Source of the DNA: Candidatus Woesearchaeota archaeon
Lineage (GTDB): Archaea > Nanobdellota > Nanobdellia > Woesearchaeales > JABGUJ01
Length of the DNA: 64,000 bases
Assembly (NCBI GenBank): GCA_018646625.1
Contig: JABGUJ010000002.1
Coordinates: forward strand, 288,843-352,842
Reading direction: 5' to 3'
The notes under the pieces were generated by a model, which did no database searches, had not been told where the DNA came from, and saw only the letters and a list, made by a program, of their open reading frames with translations. The position numbers and the translations under genes were made by a program. Below, piece after piece: positions 37,398 through 47,671 of this stretch (position 1 is the first letter of the stretch; every line of letters starts with the position of its first letter).

Positions 37398-39085
37398 TTT
37401 AACAACTTGACCATGTAAGGGCCTTGAAGGTTATACCCTTGTTTTCTATAATAATCTCTAACACCTATGCCAGATATCACAACAACTTTGTTTTTACCGT
37501 GTTGTTTAGTTATTTTCTCAGCAGCATCAAGAAGTTTCTTTCCCAGTCCTCTATGTTGAGATTGATGACTCTTGGCTTTTTTTCCTAAAGCAACAGTTGA
37601 TCCATATACATGCAGTTCTCGTACCAAAGTAGAAGAGCTTGTTATCTCCGAGCGTAATGACTGAGATGGAATACGTAATCTGCAAAATCCAAATATTACA
37701 TCGTTCTTTTTATCTTCAAATGAAATAAAGAACTCCTTTCCGTGATTGGCATCGTATTCTCTAATTACCAACTCAGGTTTTGATGCTATCGCGGCTCTTC
37801 CAACTTCCCTGCATCTTATGCAACGACATTTGTATCCTTTTTCTAAAAGAACTTTGTGAATATATTGACGAAGGTTGGTTCGATCAACACCATCTTCAGT
37901 CATAAAAGTGGGAATGTCTCTTTGCACTCTCATGATTCTACAATAAGGTTCTACAAAACGTTTGAATTCAGCAATTAGATTAGCAGCTTTCTGAGTAGTT
38001 ATAGGGGTGAATTTTCCTTTCTTGTAATGATTAAACAACTTAGTACCTTTAAGAACCATACAAGGATAGAGTTTAAGCATGTCGGGTTTGAAGTTGTTGT
38101 CAGTAAACAGTTGTTTTAATGACGCAAGATCTTCCTTCTCAGAAATTGTTGGCAAGCCAAGCATCATGTGAAAATTCAATTTATATCCTAGATCTCTCAA
38201 AGTTTGTATCGCATGTATGCTGTCTTCAACAGTGTGACCCCGGTTTATTGCCTTTAACGCTTTATCGTATACACTTTGCACACCAAGTTCTACTCTCGTG
38301 CAACCAAGACGAAGCATTTCATTAGCGTGCTTTAATTGAGCATAATCGGGACGTGTTTCAATAGTCATTCCAACACATTTAACTTCTGACTTTTCGTTTC
38401 GTTTTTGTTCCAGTTCTAAAGTAGAAGTTCCTCTTATTTTTTTAAGTTGGGAGAAGATAGTCTTGGCTCGTGTTTCATCTCCAACGTCACCAGGTAGGAA
38501 GAAGAATTTCTTGAATTTAGGTATATTTAATTTCCCGTCTTTAAGAAACAATTTAGAGAAATCATTCATTGCCTTAAGAGAGTAAGTTACAAAATTGTCT
38601 CTGTATTTTTTAGGGAAGCTAATGAACGTGCCACCCATAATGATTAGCTCTATTTTTTCAGGAACATGGCCCGTTACAACGTATTGTTCCAGACGATTAA
38701 ATGTTTGAATGTAAGGATCAAAGTTGGCTCTTAATGCTCTCATCGTGGCCGGTTCTTTACCTGTATAGCTTTGAGGAACATCTCCAAAGTTAGATTCAGG
38801 ACCGCCTGGACAAGTTGTGCATTTTCCGTGAGGACAAGCATACGGTTTGGACATGATTGCAACCATGCTAACTCCGCTAATACTCCTGGTTGGTTTGGTA
38901 AGAAGATATTTTCTGAGTAAAGGAATTTCTTTTTCGTTTGCAGTAAGAAGAACTTGTATATCTGTTGGAACGGTTTTAAGCTTGTGTTTAGAACAAAGTT
39001 TAATCTTTAACTTAACAATCTCCAATTTAGAGAGTTTCTTGCTTTTTATCTCATTAATGAGCTCAGTGTAATATTCCGAAGTCAT
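37394..39085 (-). CDS. elp3: tRNA uridine(34) acetyltransferase Elp3 (radical SAM + KAT)
   Basis: CPHGKCTTCPGG, ETRPD, RVELGVQ, RVQRDIP, VRELHVYG, QHRGLG, ISGIGVR.YY. Confidence 0.95.
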   Translation of the reverse strand: MTSEYYTELINEIKSKKLSKLEIVKLKIKLCSKHKLKTVPTDIQVLLTANEKEIPLLRKYLLTKPTRSISGVSMVAIMSKPYACPHGKCTTCPGGPESNFGDVPQSYTGKEPATMRALRANFDPYIQTFNRLEQYVVTGHVPEKIELIIMGGTFISFPKKYRDNFVTYSLKAMNDFSKLFLKDGKLNIPKFKKFFFLPGDVGDETRAKTIFSQLKKIRGTSTLELEQKRNEKSEVKCVGMTIETRPDYAQLKHANEMLRLGCTRVELGVQSVYDKALKAINRGHTVEDSIHAIQTLRDLGYKLNFHMMLGLPTISEKEDLASLKQLFTDNNFKPDMLKLYPCMVLKGTKLFNHYKKGKFTPITTQKAANLIAEFKRFVEPYCRIMRVQRDIPTFMTEDGVDRTNLRQYIHKVLLEKGYKCRCIRCREVGRAAIASKPELVIREYDANHGKEFFISFEDKKNDVIFGFCRLRIPSQSLRSEITSSSTLVRELHVYGSTVALGKKAKSHQSQHRGLGKKLLDAAEKITKQHGKNKVVVISGIGVRDYYRKQGYNLQGPYMVKLLK

Positions 39086-39150
39086 AATAGGGTAATAATA
39101 ATTACCATTTAAATTTGTTTAGAAAAGGAAAAAAGAAAAAATAGAGGATT

Positions 39151-40044
39151 TTACTCCTCAGCCATAGCTTCTTCAACAGGTTCTTCTACAATTTCAACAA
39201 CAGTTTTTTGCTTCATTGCTGCTGGTTTGTAGACAACTTTTCTTAAGTCTCTTTTTTCTTTAGCTACTCTCTGTAGTTCGTATGGATCATATACTCCAGT
39301 TGAACCTACTACGAAAGATGCTGTTGAAAGTTTTCTTGAAGAATACTCTGCACCTGCCTCGTACTTAGCGGGACGACCCATTGATGCGTGTCTGTATCCC
39401 AAAAGGAACTTTGGCCTATTGATAGATGCAATCTCGGTTTCAGTGAAATCCTTACCTGCAATCATTTTTGGTAAATTACCAAGTGTGTATGCATAAGGTC
39501 GGATCATACCAGTTGCTTTATCCATCATACCAACTTTATAACCTAGAGCATAACTGCTCATCATAGTATTCAGATAAGATCTTGCAAGATCTGACTGAAG
39601 GTTTCTCGTGTGAGGAACGCTTACTTCAGGTGAAAGTTCTCCGGACAAACGTTTGTATGATGTTTGTTCATTTTCTAGAGCTACTCCGTTATTAACGTCA
39701 GCTTTAACGTACTTAGGAGATAGCATTGATTTTGCATCGTTAGCTCCCTCTGTGTAACCTGCTCTAAAGTCACTTGTTGAAATTCTTCCAACAAAGTACA
39801 TGTACTCTCTGCTACCTTTATCGAATGTAGGTAATCCAGCTTTTGTTGCTATTGATTGCCATTTAGCAGGTGAATGAATCACACCTGGCGTTATAAGCAA
39901 ATTGTTTGACACATCATAATGTCCAACTACATATCCAACTTTGTAACTTTTTGGATCTCTAGCTGAAGGTTGCGCCATACTAGCTACAGCCATCATACTT
40001 ACGATCAGAATCGCTAGCACACATAGAAATGTTTTCTTCATCAA
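39151..40044 (-). CDS. Hypothetical secreted protein
   Basis: Signal peptide; recurring Y/F-x-x-G-Y-x-x-G helices. Confidence 0.65.
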   Translation of the reverse strand: MMKKTFLCVLAILIVSMMAVASMAQPSARDPKSYKVGYVVGHYDVSNNLLITPGVIHSPAKWQSIATKAGLPTFDKGSREYMYFVGRISTSDFRAGYTEGANDAKSMLSPKYVKADVNNGVALENEQTSYKRLSGELSPEVSVPHTRNLQSDLARSYLNTMMSSYALGYKVGMMDKATGMIRPYAYTLGNLPKMIAGKDFTETEIASINRPKFLLGYRHASMGRPAKYEAGAEYSSRKLSTASFVVGSTGVYDPYELQRVAKEKRDLRKVVYKPAAMKQKTVVEIVEEPVEEAMAEE

Positions 40045-40143
40045 ATACCACCTCAGACTTGATTATAATTAATAGAGATCAAGTTATCGGCTCTATTTAA
40101 ATCTTTCCATGTTATTTAAGGCCAGAGAGCCTAATAATCTACT

Positions 40144-42807
40144 CTACGCAGATATCTTTCTTAGAATGAGCTTTCTTGCTTCAAGGATGATGTATATAGA
40201 TAAAGCCACCAGCGTGATCAAAACCCAGTCAGATAATCCTAAAGCGGTAGTTTTGAACGCGTTACTTAATGGAGTGTATAGTACAACTATCTGCATTATG
40301 ATTGAGACGACTACTGCCCCAATAAGATATTTGCTGTCTTTAATGTTAATTAAGAAATTCTTAGCTCTATAGGTTAATACATTGAATAATTGAAAGACTA
40401 TAAGCGTTGTGAATGCAATGGATCTTGCTTTTGTTCCTGCAGCACCATAATGATAAAATAATCCTAAAGTACCAATGCACATAACCGTGCCAACAATAAG
40501 AATGTTGTTGATTACTTCTCTAGTTATTATTGGTTCAGAAAGTTTTCTTGGTTTTTTTTCCATGATGTTTTTATCGTAAGGATCAAGGCCAAGAGCTAAT
40601 CCAGGTAGGCCGTCAGTTACTAAATTAACCCACAGTATTTGTATAGCAATCAAAGGTAAAGGTAGGCCAACAAGTATTGCCAGAAATATTACAAGTATTT
40701 CTCCCAGGTTACTAGATAAAGTATATTGTACAAAACTCTTTATGTTGTTGTAGATTCCTCTGCCTTCCTCTACCGCGTTAACTATTGAAACAAAATTATC
40801 ATCTGTAAGAACCATATCTGAAGCTTCTTTGGCTACATCTGTACCAGTTATACCCATCGCCACACCGATGTCTGCTTTTTTTAGTGCAGGAGCATCATTA
40901 ACACCGTCGCCAGTCATTGCTACAACGTGGCCTCTGCTCTTTAATGCCGCAAGAATTCTTGCTTTATGTTCGGGAGAAGTTCTTGCGTATACTACAACAT
41001 CTTCTACAATTTCTTTAAATTCACTATCTGATAAATTATCCAGTTCTTTTCCTGTGAGAACTTTCTCTTTGTTTCTCATCAACCCAACATGTTTAGCAAT
41101 CGCAATAGCGGTGTCTTTAAAATCTCCAGTTATCATTACAGTTTTGATACCTGCAGCATAACATTCATCGATGGCTCCTTTCACTTCTTGCCTTGGAGGA
41201 TCCATCATGCCTTGCAGCCCGACAAAAATAAGATCTTGTTCTATTTTGGACTTAGTATACTTTGTAGGCAGTTCTTTGTAGGCAAAACCTAACACTCTTA
41301 ATGCTTGTTTTGATAGTTCTTGATTTGTTTTTTCAATTAATTGCTTATCTTTAGTAGTTAGTGCTCTGACTTTCCCGTTTATGAGGATTTTGCTACAATC
41401 TTGTAGAATCATATCGGGAGCACCTTTAGAGTATGCGACAAGTTTCAAACCTACTTTGTGTATTGTAGTCATACATTTTCGTTCAGAATCAAAAGGAATA
41501 TCGTCTTTTTGAGGATATTTTTTTAACAATAATTCTCGACCTAGCTTTGCTTTAGATGCGGACACCAATAGTGCAGCTTCAGTAGGATCGCCGTTTACTT
41601 TCCAAGCATTTTTTTCTTTGAATAATGAAGATTCATTACATAGTGCGCCAATTCTTAATAGTAGATCTAGTTTGTTTGATGCAATAGGTTTAGACGTTTT
41701 AAAATCTGTAAATTCTCCAGTTGGTTCATATCCCCTGCCGGAGAGATTGACTAGCTTGTTGTCAAGGAACAATTTAGTAACGGTCATTTCATTTCTGGTG
41801 AGCGTTCCAGTCTTGTCAGTGCAAATGTAACTTGTACTTCCTAATGTTTCCACTGCAGGTAATCTTCGAATTAAAGCGTGGCGTTTTACCATTCTTTGTA
41901 CACCAAGAGCTAAAGAAATAGTTACAATCGCTGGAAGACCTTCAGGTATTGCAGCAACAGCTAAACTGACAGATGCTAAAAACATTGTTACAATAAATTC
42001 TTTAGATAATGTTCCAAAGATCCATTCTCTTCCAATGCCTAACAGAAAAACCAGTACGCAAGTTGCAATAGTGATCCATCCAAGCCATTTTCCAAAATGT
42101 TGTAGTTTAGTTTGAAGAGGTGTTTTCTCTTCATCAGATTGTTGAATGCCTTTGGCAATCTTTCCAATCTCGGTTGACATCCCTGTATTAGTAACAATTG
42201 CTAGTGCTTTTCCTCTAGTAATAATTGTGCTAGAATAGAGCATGTTTTTTCTTTCAGCTAAAATGGCATCTTTGCTTAGCTTAATTGCGTTTTTAGTTAC
42301 AGGAGTGCTTTCTCCTGTTAAAGAAGATTCATTTATTTGCAGATTAGATTGTTCAATTAACCTTGCATCTGCAGGAATTTTATCTCCGGTTCTCAAAACT
42401 AGAATGTCTCCAGGAACTAATTCAGAAGCATCAATCTCAATTTCTTTACCTTCTTTTAGTACCCTTGCTTTTAGTGCAGATAATTTTTTCAACGCTTCAA
42501 TGGCTTTCTCGGCTCTATATTCTTGAGTGAATCCAAAAATACCGTTTACTATGACAATGATTGCGATAACAACTGCGTCAAGTGTTTCTCCAATAAGTAA
42601 AGAGATGATTATTGCCGCGATAAGAATAAGAATTACAAAGCTGGTGAATTGTTGTACGAGAATTTTAAACGGAGAAATTGTATGAGTTTGTATAATTGTG
42701 TTTGAACCAAATCTATTAAGTCTTGCATTAGACTCTTTCGTACTTAGACCATTTTTTCTTGAGTTCAGACTCTCAATGACTTCATTAATCGATTGATCAT
42801 AGTACAT
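40144..42807 (-). CDS. P-type ATPase, Ca2+-transporting (P2A-like)
   Basis: TGES, AAIPEGLP, DKTGTLT, KGAP, GDGVNDAPAL, LWVNLVTDG. Confidence 0.95.
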   Translation of the reverse strand: MYYDQSINEVIESLNSRKNGLSTKESNARLNRFGSNTIIQTHTISPFKILVQQFTSFVILILIAAIIISLLIGETLDAVVIAIIVIVNGIFGFTQEYRAEKAIEALKKLSALKARVLKEGKEIEIDASELVPGDILVLRTGDKIPADARLIEQSNLQINESSLTGESTPVTKNAIKLSKDAILAERKNMLYSSTIITRGKALAIVTNTGMSTEIGKIAKGIQQSDEEKTPLQTKLQHFGKWLGWITIATCVLVFLLGIGREWIFGTLSKEFIVTMFLASVSLAVAAIPEGLPAIVTISLALGVQRMVKRHALIRRLPAVETLGSTSYICTDKTGTLTRNEMTVTKLFLDNKLVNLSGRGYEPTGEFTDFKTSKPIASNKLDLLLRIGALCNESSLFKEKNAWKVNGDPTEAALLVSASKAKLGRELLLKKYPQKDDIPFDSERKCMTTIHKVGLKLVAYSKGAPDMILQDCSKILINGKVRALTTKDKQLIEKTNQELSKQALRVLGFAYKELPTKYTKSKIEQDLIFVGLQGMMDPPRQEVKGAIDECYAAGIKTVMITGDFKDTAIAIAKHVGLMRNKEKVLTGKELDNLSDSEFKEIVEDVVVYARTSPEHKARILAALKSRGHVVAMTGDGVNDAPALKKADIGVAMGITGTDVAKEASDMVLTDDNFVSIVNAVEEGRGIYNNIKSFVQYTLSSNLGEILVIFLAILVGLPLPLIAIQILWVNLVTDGLPGLALGLDPYDKNIMEKKPRKLSEPIITREVINNILIVGTVMCIGTLGLFYHYGAAGTKARSIAFTTLIVFQLFNVLTYRAKNFLINIKDSKYLIGAVVVSIIMQIVVLYTPLSNAFKTTALGLSDWVLITLVALSIYIILEARKLILRKISA

Positions 42808-42812
42808 GAAGC

Positions 42813-43568
42813 TTAGTCCTCATAATAAACTTCTTTTAATCTGGCAACAATAGGATCTGTGCTAGTTGTAGCTTCCACTACAGGAGTTTCTTCAACTTGT
42901 TTCGGTTCTTCAACCTTCATATTGTTTGTTTGCACCCTGGTTTCATCATCTGAAAAGATCTGAGAAGGGTCTAGAGTCATTAATGCATCCATAGTAGCAG
43001 TACTTTTGGGAATTTCATTAGTTAGAACAATGCTTTTTGGTGCTTCTTGTTCTTGTTTAGGTTCTTCAACCTTTGGAGGTCTAGGTGTGTTTCTAATTGA
43101 CTCAGAGATCTTCATCTTGGGTTTATCATGACTATCAGATAGCTGCTCTACAACTTGTTGATCTTCATGATCAATCATCTCGTCAAGATTTTTTGTAGGT
43201 TCTCTCGCAATATTTGAACGGCTTTTCTCATGTAATCGATTAATAACACCAAGAAGATGTTCTTCCATACGGTTCTTTAGCTTCTCTTCTTTCTGAGCAG
43301 CAGTAGGCTGAGCCACAGAAGGTTGAGCATTTGCACCTAATCGTTCATTGTATTCACCAGAGAATACTTTGAGCATTACATCACTCATATCTGGCTCCTT
43401 TTCTTTCTGTGCTTCTACCGATTCAGCAACTAGTGCTTCGGGAGACATATCTTCATTTGAAGATGACAGCACCATCGATTCAGATGTTTCTGCACTGTCC
43501 CCCTCAGGAAGAGGAATCACTACTTTGTTCCTGTTAAACAAGTTTGTTAGTCTACTAAACCATCCCAT
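42813..43568 (-). CDS. Hypothetical acidic, probably disordered protein
   Basis: Start MGWFSRL after AGGTGA; E/P/S/T-rich. Confidence 0.6.
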   Translation of the reverse strand: MGWFSRLTNLFNRNKVVIPLPEGDSAETSESMVLSSSNEDMSPEALVAESVEAQKEKEPDMSDVMLKVFSGEYNERLGANAQPSVAQPTAAQKEEKLKNRMEEHLLGVINRLHEKSRSNIAREPTKNLDEMIDHEDQQVVEQLSDSHDKPKMKISESIRNTPRPPKVEEPKQEQEAPKSIVLTNEIPKSTATMDALMTLDPSQIFSDDETRVQTNNMKVEEPKQVEETPVVEATTSTDPIVARLKEVYYED

Positions 43569-43579
43569 TTGATCACCTT

Positions 43580-44308
43580 TTAAGTTATTACAATTATGAT
43601 TGCTAATATAAAGTATGTTACAAAAACCGCCACACATGAAAACACGTATGATAGTGTTATTATCTTTATAGATTGCAAAAATGATGCTTTATAAAACTCT
43701 CTTAAAATATACAATAAAAACAGGAAAACTATTACGAGTCCGCAATAAAATCCTATGATTGAAATTAATTTCAGGAAAAAAAGTACTAATGCGGCTCCTG
43801 CGGCCATCAAAAACCCATGATTGTAATCTTTGATTGCTAAATTCTGTTTAACGGCGTATTTGTAAGTTACTGATGCTGTTATGAATAATGCAAGTACAAA
43901 GGAATAGGTGGCAGTGTAAAAATTTAGCCAACCGAGAGTTAATGTGTTGTACAATACAACGTTTAAGATTAGAGTGATCAATCCTAGTAGTGCAAAAAAT
44001 ATTGCAAAAATGTTTATTCTAAGATGATTAATTAAAGGACTTTCAGCAGTAAACTTCGATAATGTTTCGGAATGTAAATTGAGTTTATTTAATGATTTAT
44101 CAATATCTATTCTTATTGAACGTTTTAAGAACATAAAGAAATATTCAATTGATTCTATGATTGATGTTGAACGTTTTACATCTTGCATTGCTAACAATAC
44201 ATCACGGTCTTTGTAACCGTACTTCAAAAGAACATGTTGAATTTTGTCTAGAGTGAAGCCTAATGCGAGCTCCCGTTTGATGTATTGTTCAATTTTATGG
44301 TTGTCCAT
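43580..44308 (-). CDS. Hypothetical membrane protein
   Basis: N-terminal helical domain (YIKREL..GF...I...LLKYGY) plus about 5 TM helices. Confidence 0.65.
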   Translation of the reverse strand: MDNHKIEQYIKRELALGFTLDKIQHVLLKYGYKDRDVLLAMQDVKRSTSIIESIEYFFMFLKRSIRIDIDKSLNKLNLHSETLSKFTAESPLINHLRINIFAIFFALLGLITLILNVVLYNTLTLGWLNFYTATYSFVLALFITASVTYKYAVKQNLAIKDYNHGFLMAAGAALVLFFLKLISIIGFYCGLVIVFLFLLYILREFYKASFLQSIKIITLSYVFSCVAVFVTYFILAIIIVIT

Positions 44309-44326
44309 TTTATGAAAATGAAAAGC

Positions 44327-44447
44327 TCAAAGCCCAATCCCTTGGACTTTGATGTTTATTCTTGGCGTTTCTATAGAGTATGAAAAAAGGCACCAAGTTC
44401 TCCGAAGAGAACGAGGTGCTTATGGTTGGCGTTTCTATAGAGCATGA
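44327..44447 (-). repeat. Two 22-bp direct repeats, each followed on the minus strand by a stable hairpin and U-rich tract
   Basis: TTGGCGTTTCTATAGAG(T/C)ATGA at 44362-44383 and 44426-44447; UUCG hairpin 44390-44419; GGGA hairpin 44327-44352. Confidence 0.85.
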
Positions 44448-44448
44448 T

Positions 44449-45738
44449 CTAAAGTTCAAAACTGTCACCTACTTTTGGTGTGTGAACTTCATAGTCAAGG
44501 GCATGTGCCCAAAGTGCTAAATGTTCGATCGCCTTAGGATCTCCGTGATTGATTATGAGATGTTTTGGGTTGACTTTCCTGATTAGTTCTTTTAGCTCGG
44601 CGCATCCAGAATGAGCAGAGAAGTCAAATTTGTTTAAACAACAACGAACGTTGTATTTGTGACCGTCTAAGAAAACATGATTCTCCTCCATCAAGAGTCT
44701 ACCGTTAGTATGCGTTGCTTGATATCCTGTTAAGAAGATGGCACATCTGTCAGTATCATGATATTTTTTGAGGTAAGATATTATTGGCCCACCAGTCAGC
44801 ATACCCGAAGTTGTCAAGAAAATCGCTTGTCGATTATCTTTTAGAATTGCTTCTCGTTGTTTTCTCCCTCTAACTTCTGTGCATCCTCTATAAGTTGATC
44901 TTAATTCCTTAGCATCTTTTATTGCACCAGGATTATCTAGAGAGAATAAAGTTGCATCTCTGGCCATCCCATCAACATAAATGGGTACACCGAGTTTCAT
45001 TTCGGATAAAATAAGCATGACTTCTTGCGCTCTTCCAACTGCAAACACAGGGATAAGAATACTGTTCCCTCTGTTAATGTGTTTTTGAACCTCATCTCTA
45101 AATCTTTTTTCTTCTTTTTTTCTCGCAGGGTGATCTCTGTCACCGTATGTGGCCTCAGTGATCATGACATCCACTCTCTCGTCGAAATCAGTGTCTGCTT
45201 TTTTCAATAAATGAGTTTCAGTGGTGTTAATATCTCCGGTGTATAACACAGATTTCTTTTGCCCTTTATCGTCAAAAGCAAGTAAAATTGAAGCACTACC
45301 AGGAATATGGCCTGCATTGTAGAATTCAAATCCTAAATCATCTAAATCAAGATCTAACTTAGTCTTGACTCTTCGCATGATTCTAAGAACATCTTGTATG
45401 TTTTCCACATCATAAGATAGATGTGCGTTTTTTATTTTCCCAATATGATATGCATCCTTCAGTAATAATCTTGCAAGGGTTTTTGTTTCCGCAGTGCAAA
45501 ATATCGGACACTTCAATCCTTGGAAATCTAGCCAAGGTAATGCGCCCGTGTGATCAAGATGCGCGTGCGAGATGAAAACTGCGTCAATATTAGCAACATC
45601 CATGAGTCCTTTAGGATATTCAGTACCATTAGGAGTGATCTTAAGCCCTGCGTCAAAAAGAATCCTCTTTGTTTCTGTTGCAAGTTCAATGCAACTCCTA
45701 CCAACTTCTTGTGCTCCGCCATGAAATGTAAAAATCAT
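44449..45738 (-). CDS. MBL-fold beta-CASP ribonuclease (CPSF73/RNase J superfamily, no KH domains)
   Basis: GGAQEVGRSC, SHAHLDHTG, AGHIPGS, YTGD, EATYG, FAVGRAQE, GYQ, FSAH, NHG. Confidence 0.92.
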   Translation of the reverse strand: MIFTFHGGAQEVGRSCIELATETKRILFDAGLKITPNGTEYPKGLMDVANIDAVFISHAHLDHTGALPWLDFQGLKCPIFCTAETKTLARLLLKDAYHIGKIKNAHLSYDVENIQDVLRIMRRVKTKLDLDLDDLGFEFYNAGHIPGSASILLAFDDKGQKKSVLYTGDINTTETHLLKKADTDFDERVDVMITEATYGDRDHPARKKEEKRFRDEVQKHINRGNSILIPVFAVGRAQEVMLILSEMKLGVPIYVDGMARDATLFSLDNPGAIKDAKELRSTYRGCTEVRGRKQREAILKDNRQAIFLTTSGMLTGGPIISYLKKYHDTDRCAIFLTGYQATHTNGRLLMEENHVFLDGHKYNVRCCLNKFDFSAHSGCAELKELIRKVNPKHLIINHGDPKAIEHLALWAHALDYEVHTPKVGDSFEL

Positions 45739-45908
45739 TTATTGTCACCCCTTTGTTCGATCTCCACATACCACCTTCTAGTCTTGTTGTCAAACTTGAA
45801 GACCACATCGTGTTTTTCTTTGGAATCAATGGAGAATAAGATCGGCATAGGTATGGTTGTTTCGAAGCTGCTTCCCCGTTTGTAGAGTTTTCGTCTGAGT
45901 TCGACCAT
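45735..45908 (-). CDS. Small AbrB/MazE-like swapped-hairpin protein (57 aa, not in ORF track)
   Basis: MVELRRKLYKRGSSFETTIPMPILFSIDSKEKHDVVFKFDNKTRRWYVEIEQRGDNK; ATGA overlap with the RNase start. Confidence 0.7.
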   Translation of the reverse strand: MVELRRKLYKRGSSFETTIPMPILFSIDSKEKHDVVFKFDNKTRRWYVEIEQRGDNK

Positions 45909-46125
45909 TTGAAACCATACTTATTTTTTTAGTTTTATTTATATATGATTATGTTATTATATAAATACTTATATTTAAATGTTTTGTTCTTAAAATTAAT
46001 AATTCAAGCAATATGGCAGTTATCGAATATTTCAAGAAAATAGGTATTTTAATTTTGATGATACTTATAAATATACTTATATTGGGCGCGTAGAAAAATC
46101 TGTTTATTGGAAAAATATTACAGAA

Positions 46126-47106
46126 TTAATTATTTGATCTAAACAGCGCTTCACCCTCAGATTCTAAAAGTTCAGCAATTTCTTCAAAAATAGTAGAAAG
46201 TCGAGTGTCAACAACCATTTGAGGCTCTTTCTTATTTTCTTTTAAGCATCTTAACTCATCTTTTATGTTCTCAAAACTTTTCTTTGCTTTGTGGCCATCA
46301 ACATTGTTGCAGTATGAAGCAAATTTCTCAATTAAGCTAATTGCAATCTTGTCAGCCTCTTCTTGACCCATCGCAGGATTCATTTTTAGTTTATGAGCAC
46401 CCTCCATTAAAGAAGAAAGACTTCCGTTCAATACACCAGAGGCTCTAATGAATGCAAAAATTTCATAGAAAGATAAACCAATGTAATAGTTAGCAACCTC
46501 CAAACCCTTGCCGTCTCGTAAATTCTCAGAAGAAGAATGTAATAGGGAAAGAGATTTCTTAAAGAAACGTTCTGCGACTTCATTCTGACCAGCAAGCATC
46601 GCGTCATTCATATCGTACTTCATCGCACCACTGAAAACATTGTAAATCAATCTAAAGACAATAATTAATCCAAGCACTCCAGAGATTGGCCTTACGTAAG
46701 GTAGAGTAGTACCCCAGTTAGCAATAGGCACAAATATGGACGGTAATAACGAGAACATCGCTAGCAGACCAAGAAGAATAAGAGAAGTTACAAAGCTGTC
46801 AAACATGTTAGTTGTTAGCTCCAAACCAAAGTTTTCAAATTTCTTTTTAACATTAGCGAGAGAGATAGCAAACCAAGCAGTTCCAGCAACCATAGTAATA
46901 GGAATAAGTATCGAGATTAGTACGTTCGTATCTAAGAACAGAATTGCAGGGATAGTAAACAACCCAGAGAGTAGTGCACCTCTTAATGCCACTAAATATT
47001 TGTTCTTAATAGAATCTATTGCAATTTCGCTCTCATTATTGCTAAGATCTATTTTGAAGAAACTTTTTAAAATCGATTTCTCGATTAAGTACTTGAATAC
47101 ACCCAT
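46126..47106 (-). CDS. Hypothetical membrane protein (about 4 TM plus C-terminal helical domain)
   Basis: Hydrophobic helices followed by a soluble helical domain; likely start MGVFK. Confidence 0.65.
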   Translation of the reverse strand: MGVFKYLIEKSILKSFFKIDLSNNESEIAIDSIKNKYLVALRGALLSGLFTIPAILFLDTNVLISILIPITMVAGTAWFAISLANVKKKFENFGLELTTNMFDSFVTSLILLGLLAMFSLLPSIFVPIANWGTTLPYVRPISGVLGLIIVFRLIYNVFSGAMKYDMNDAMLAGQNEVAERFFKKSLSLLHSSSENLRDGKGLEVANYYIGLSFYEIFAFIRASGVLNGSLSSLMEGAHKLKMNPAMGQEEADKIAISLIEKFASYCNNVDGHKAKKSFENIKDELRCLKENKKEPQMVVDTRLSTIFEEIAELLESEGEALFRSNN

Positions 47107-47143
47107 AATACACGAAGCAGCATCTAGATTTAAATAATTTACG

Positions 47144-47671
47144 TTATACTTGCTGCAGAACAATCATCGTCTGAGTTTTATCAACACAAGGGATGTTTCT
47201 TAATCTGTTTGTAACCAAGTCATTTAAGTCATCAATGTCCTTCGCGAGAACTTTTACTAAGATGTCAGTACCGCCCGCCATAATACTTACCTCACTCACA
47301 CCATCAATCGCCTTGATCTTTTTTGCAATATCATACTGGCTTATCTTTTTACCCTCGATCTTATAGTCAATCGATACACCGATGTTTGCGAGAATTGGCC
47401 TCCCTAACTTTTTGTAGTTTAAGTTCACAGTGTAATTTAGAATTATTCCTGAACTTTCCAACTTCTTTATCCTGTTATGGATGGTCGTTACCGGCAGTAG
47501 AAGCTTTTTGCTAAGCCTTCCAGTAGTTAGCTTGCTATTGGCGATAAGTTCTTGAATTATCGTACGATCCTTATCATCCAATTTTATTGGTTTTTCTTCT
47601 CGCATAAATACGGAAAAAGATGCCATCTTTTTTAAATTTAACGCATTTTTTGGAATAAAATCCCTGTTCAT
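47144..47671 (-). CDS. Lrp/AsnC-family transcriptional regulator
   Basis: LDDKD..II..L..NS, TTIHNRIKKLE..GII, G..DILVKV; true start probably downstream (MREEK). Confidence 0.9.
   Translation of the reverse strand: MNRDFIPKNALNLKKMASFSVFMREEKPIKLDDKDRTIIQELIANSKLTTGRLSKKLLLPVTTIHNRIKKLESSGIILNYTVNLNYKKLGRPILANIGVSIDYKIEGKKISQYDIAKKIKAIDGVSEVSIMAGGTDILVKVLAKDIDDLNDLVTNRLRNIPCVDKTQTMIVLQQV

Noticed and set aside
44362..44447. Mini CRISPR array (two 22-bp repeats containing GAAAC)
   Set aside because: Only two short repeats, the spacer is itself a near-perfect hairpin, and no cas genes are in the window.
44362..44447. preQ1-I riboswitch (CUCUAUA followed by A-rich tail)
   Set aside because: The 5' AGAG strand and loop needed for the P1 stem are absent.
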